In this document: in pieces, positions 63,287-64,000 of the stretch
Layout of the letters: every line of letters begins with the position of its first letter
Position numbering within the stretch: the first letter of the stretch is position 1
From: Acidimicrobiia bacterium
GTDB taxonomy: Bacteria; Actinomycetota; Acidimicrobiia; Spongiisociales; ZC4RG35
DNA length: 64,000 nucleotides
Assembly: GCA_965215185.1 (NCBI GenBank)
Contig: OZ244034.1
Coordinates: 1,760,001-1,824,000 of the forward strand
Direction of reading: 5' to 3'
Translations under genes and position numbers: made by a program
The notes under the pieces: model-generated
Told to the model about the DNA's origin: nothing
The model's database searches: none
The model's input: only the letters and a program-made list of their open reading frames with translations

Positions 63287-63547
63287 CAATTTCTCGGGGT
63301 CCGAAAGGATCCCTTTGGGGTTCGTATAATTAGGGTTGCCTCAAACTAGCAAGCTTGCGGCACCGCGGTTGGGGGTTCGCCGGTTTGTTTCGGCGGCCCC
63401 TGACCCTTTTTTATCACAGGCGGGTAACACCCGGGTGGGGGTGGCGTCTTGAAGGGTGTCGAGGGAACAGGCGCCGGCGTTTGTTTTTGCTGGTGGAGTT
63501 CCCCTCCGACTGCAATTGCAATCTATTTTTGAGAGGAAAAAAGCTTT

Positions 63548-64000
63548 ATGTTTGCTTTTTTTAACCGTTCTCGGCGGCACGTAGCGGTGCTGGCAGCTCT
63601 GGCCATGTTGGCCAGTGTGCTGGTCGCAGCGCCGGCTGTTGCTGCTGAGGACCCGGAACCGGACTACGAGGCTACTTTGATGCGTGCGGTGGATGCGCCG
63701 TCTGCGGGGTTCACTGATGTTCCCTCCGGTCACGCAACGCTGGTGACATTGACTGTATCGCCTATTACGGGATCACCAAGGGCACTTCGGCGACCACCTA
63801 TGCGCCGTTGATGTCAGTGACCCGTGAGCACATGGCGCTGTTCCTGATTCGCCTGGCCGGCCTGGTGGGGATCGACGTCCCCGACGCTGGTGACACCGGC
63901 TTCACCGACACCGGTGAGCTGTCGGGCAAGTCGCAGGCTGCGATCAGCCAGTTGCGCCAGTTGGAGATCACCTCCGGCACTTCGACCACCACCTATTCGC
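63548..64000 (+). CDS. Secreted S-layer homology (SLH) domain protein, 5' part; frameshift at about 63736; runs off the window
   Basis: Signal peptide ..AAPAVA-A; FTDVP..H then, in a shifted frame, DIDCIAYYGITKG...TYAP...VTREHMALFL.RL and a second FTD...AI.QL..L.IT.G. Confidence 0.85.

Larger units (their letters stand above)
60318..63358. mobile_element. Tyrosine-recombinase island with repeat-delimited cargo genes
   Basis: Recombinase, toxin-antitoxin pair, orphan genes, 5 copies of a TGTCCGG-based site, inverted boundary motifs. Confidence 0.7.

Overview
GC-rich bacterial chromosomal window. The gene content (UPF0182, ino1, TIGR03084-type mycothiol-dependent protein, class II RNR, N-terminally secreted SLH-domain protein, ankyrin insertion) points to an actinobacterium, probably Acidimicrobiia and possibly host- or sponge-associated; this is inference. 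The first 60 kb are mostly metabolic and transport genes: an N-methylglutamate synthase-like glxBCD trio, acetoacetate-CoA ligase, SulP plus a decayed copy, ars genes, typA, tRNA-fMet, nrdJ, ABC exporters, E1 alpha/beta, an orphan form-II CoxL-like subunit, ino1/LysR, a hybrid kinase-regulator, an acyl-CoA carboxylase, a Doc toxin-antitoxin pair, and a P450/ferredoxin/ABC/LLM cluster. The most striking structure is a 3-kb island at about 60318-63358. It holds a Cre-like tyrosine recombinase preceded by small cargo genes, including an RHH-MazF toxin-antitoxin pair. The cargo genes are separated by direct copies of TGTCCGGTAACT, inverted copies lie after the recombinase, and a second inverted motif bounds the whole island. 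It is a candidate cassette-array or inversion system next to an S-layer gene. Several single-base frameshifts suggest long-read indel errors or incipient pseudogenisation.
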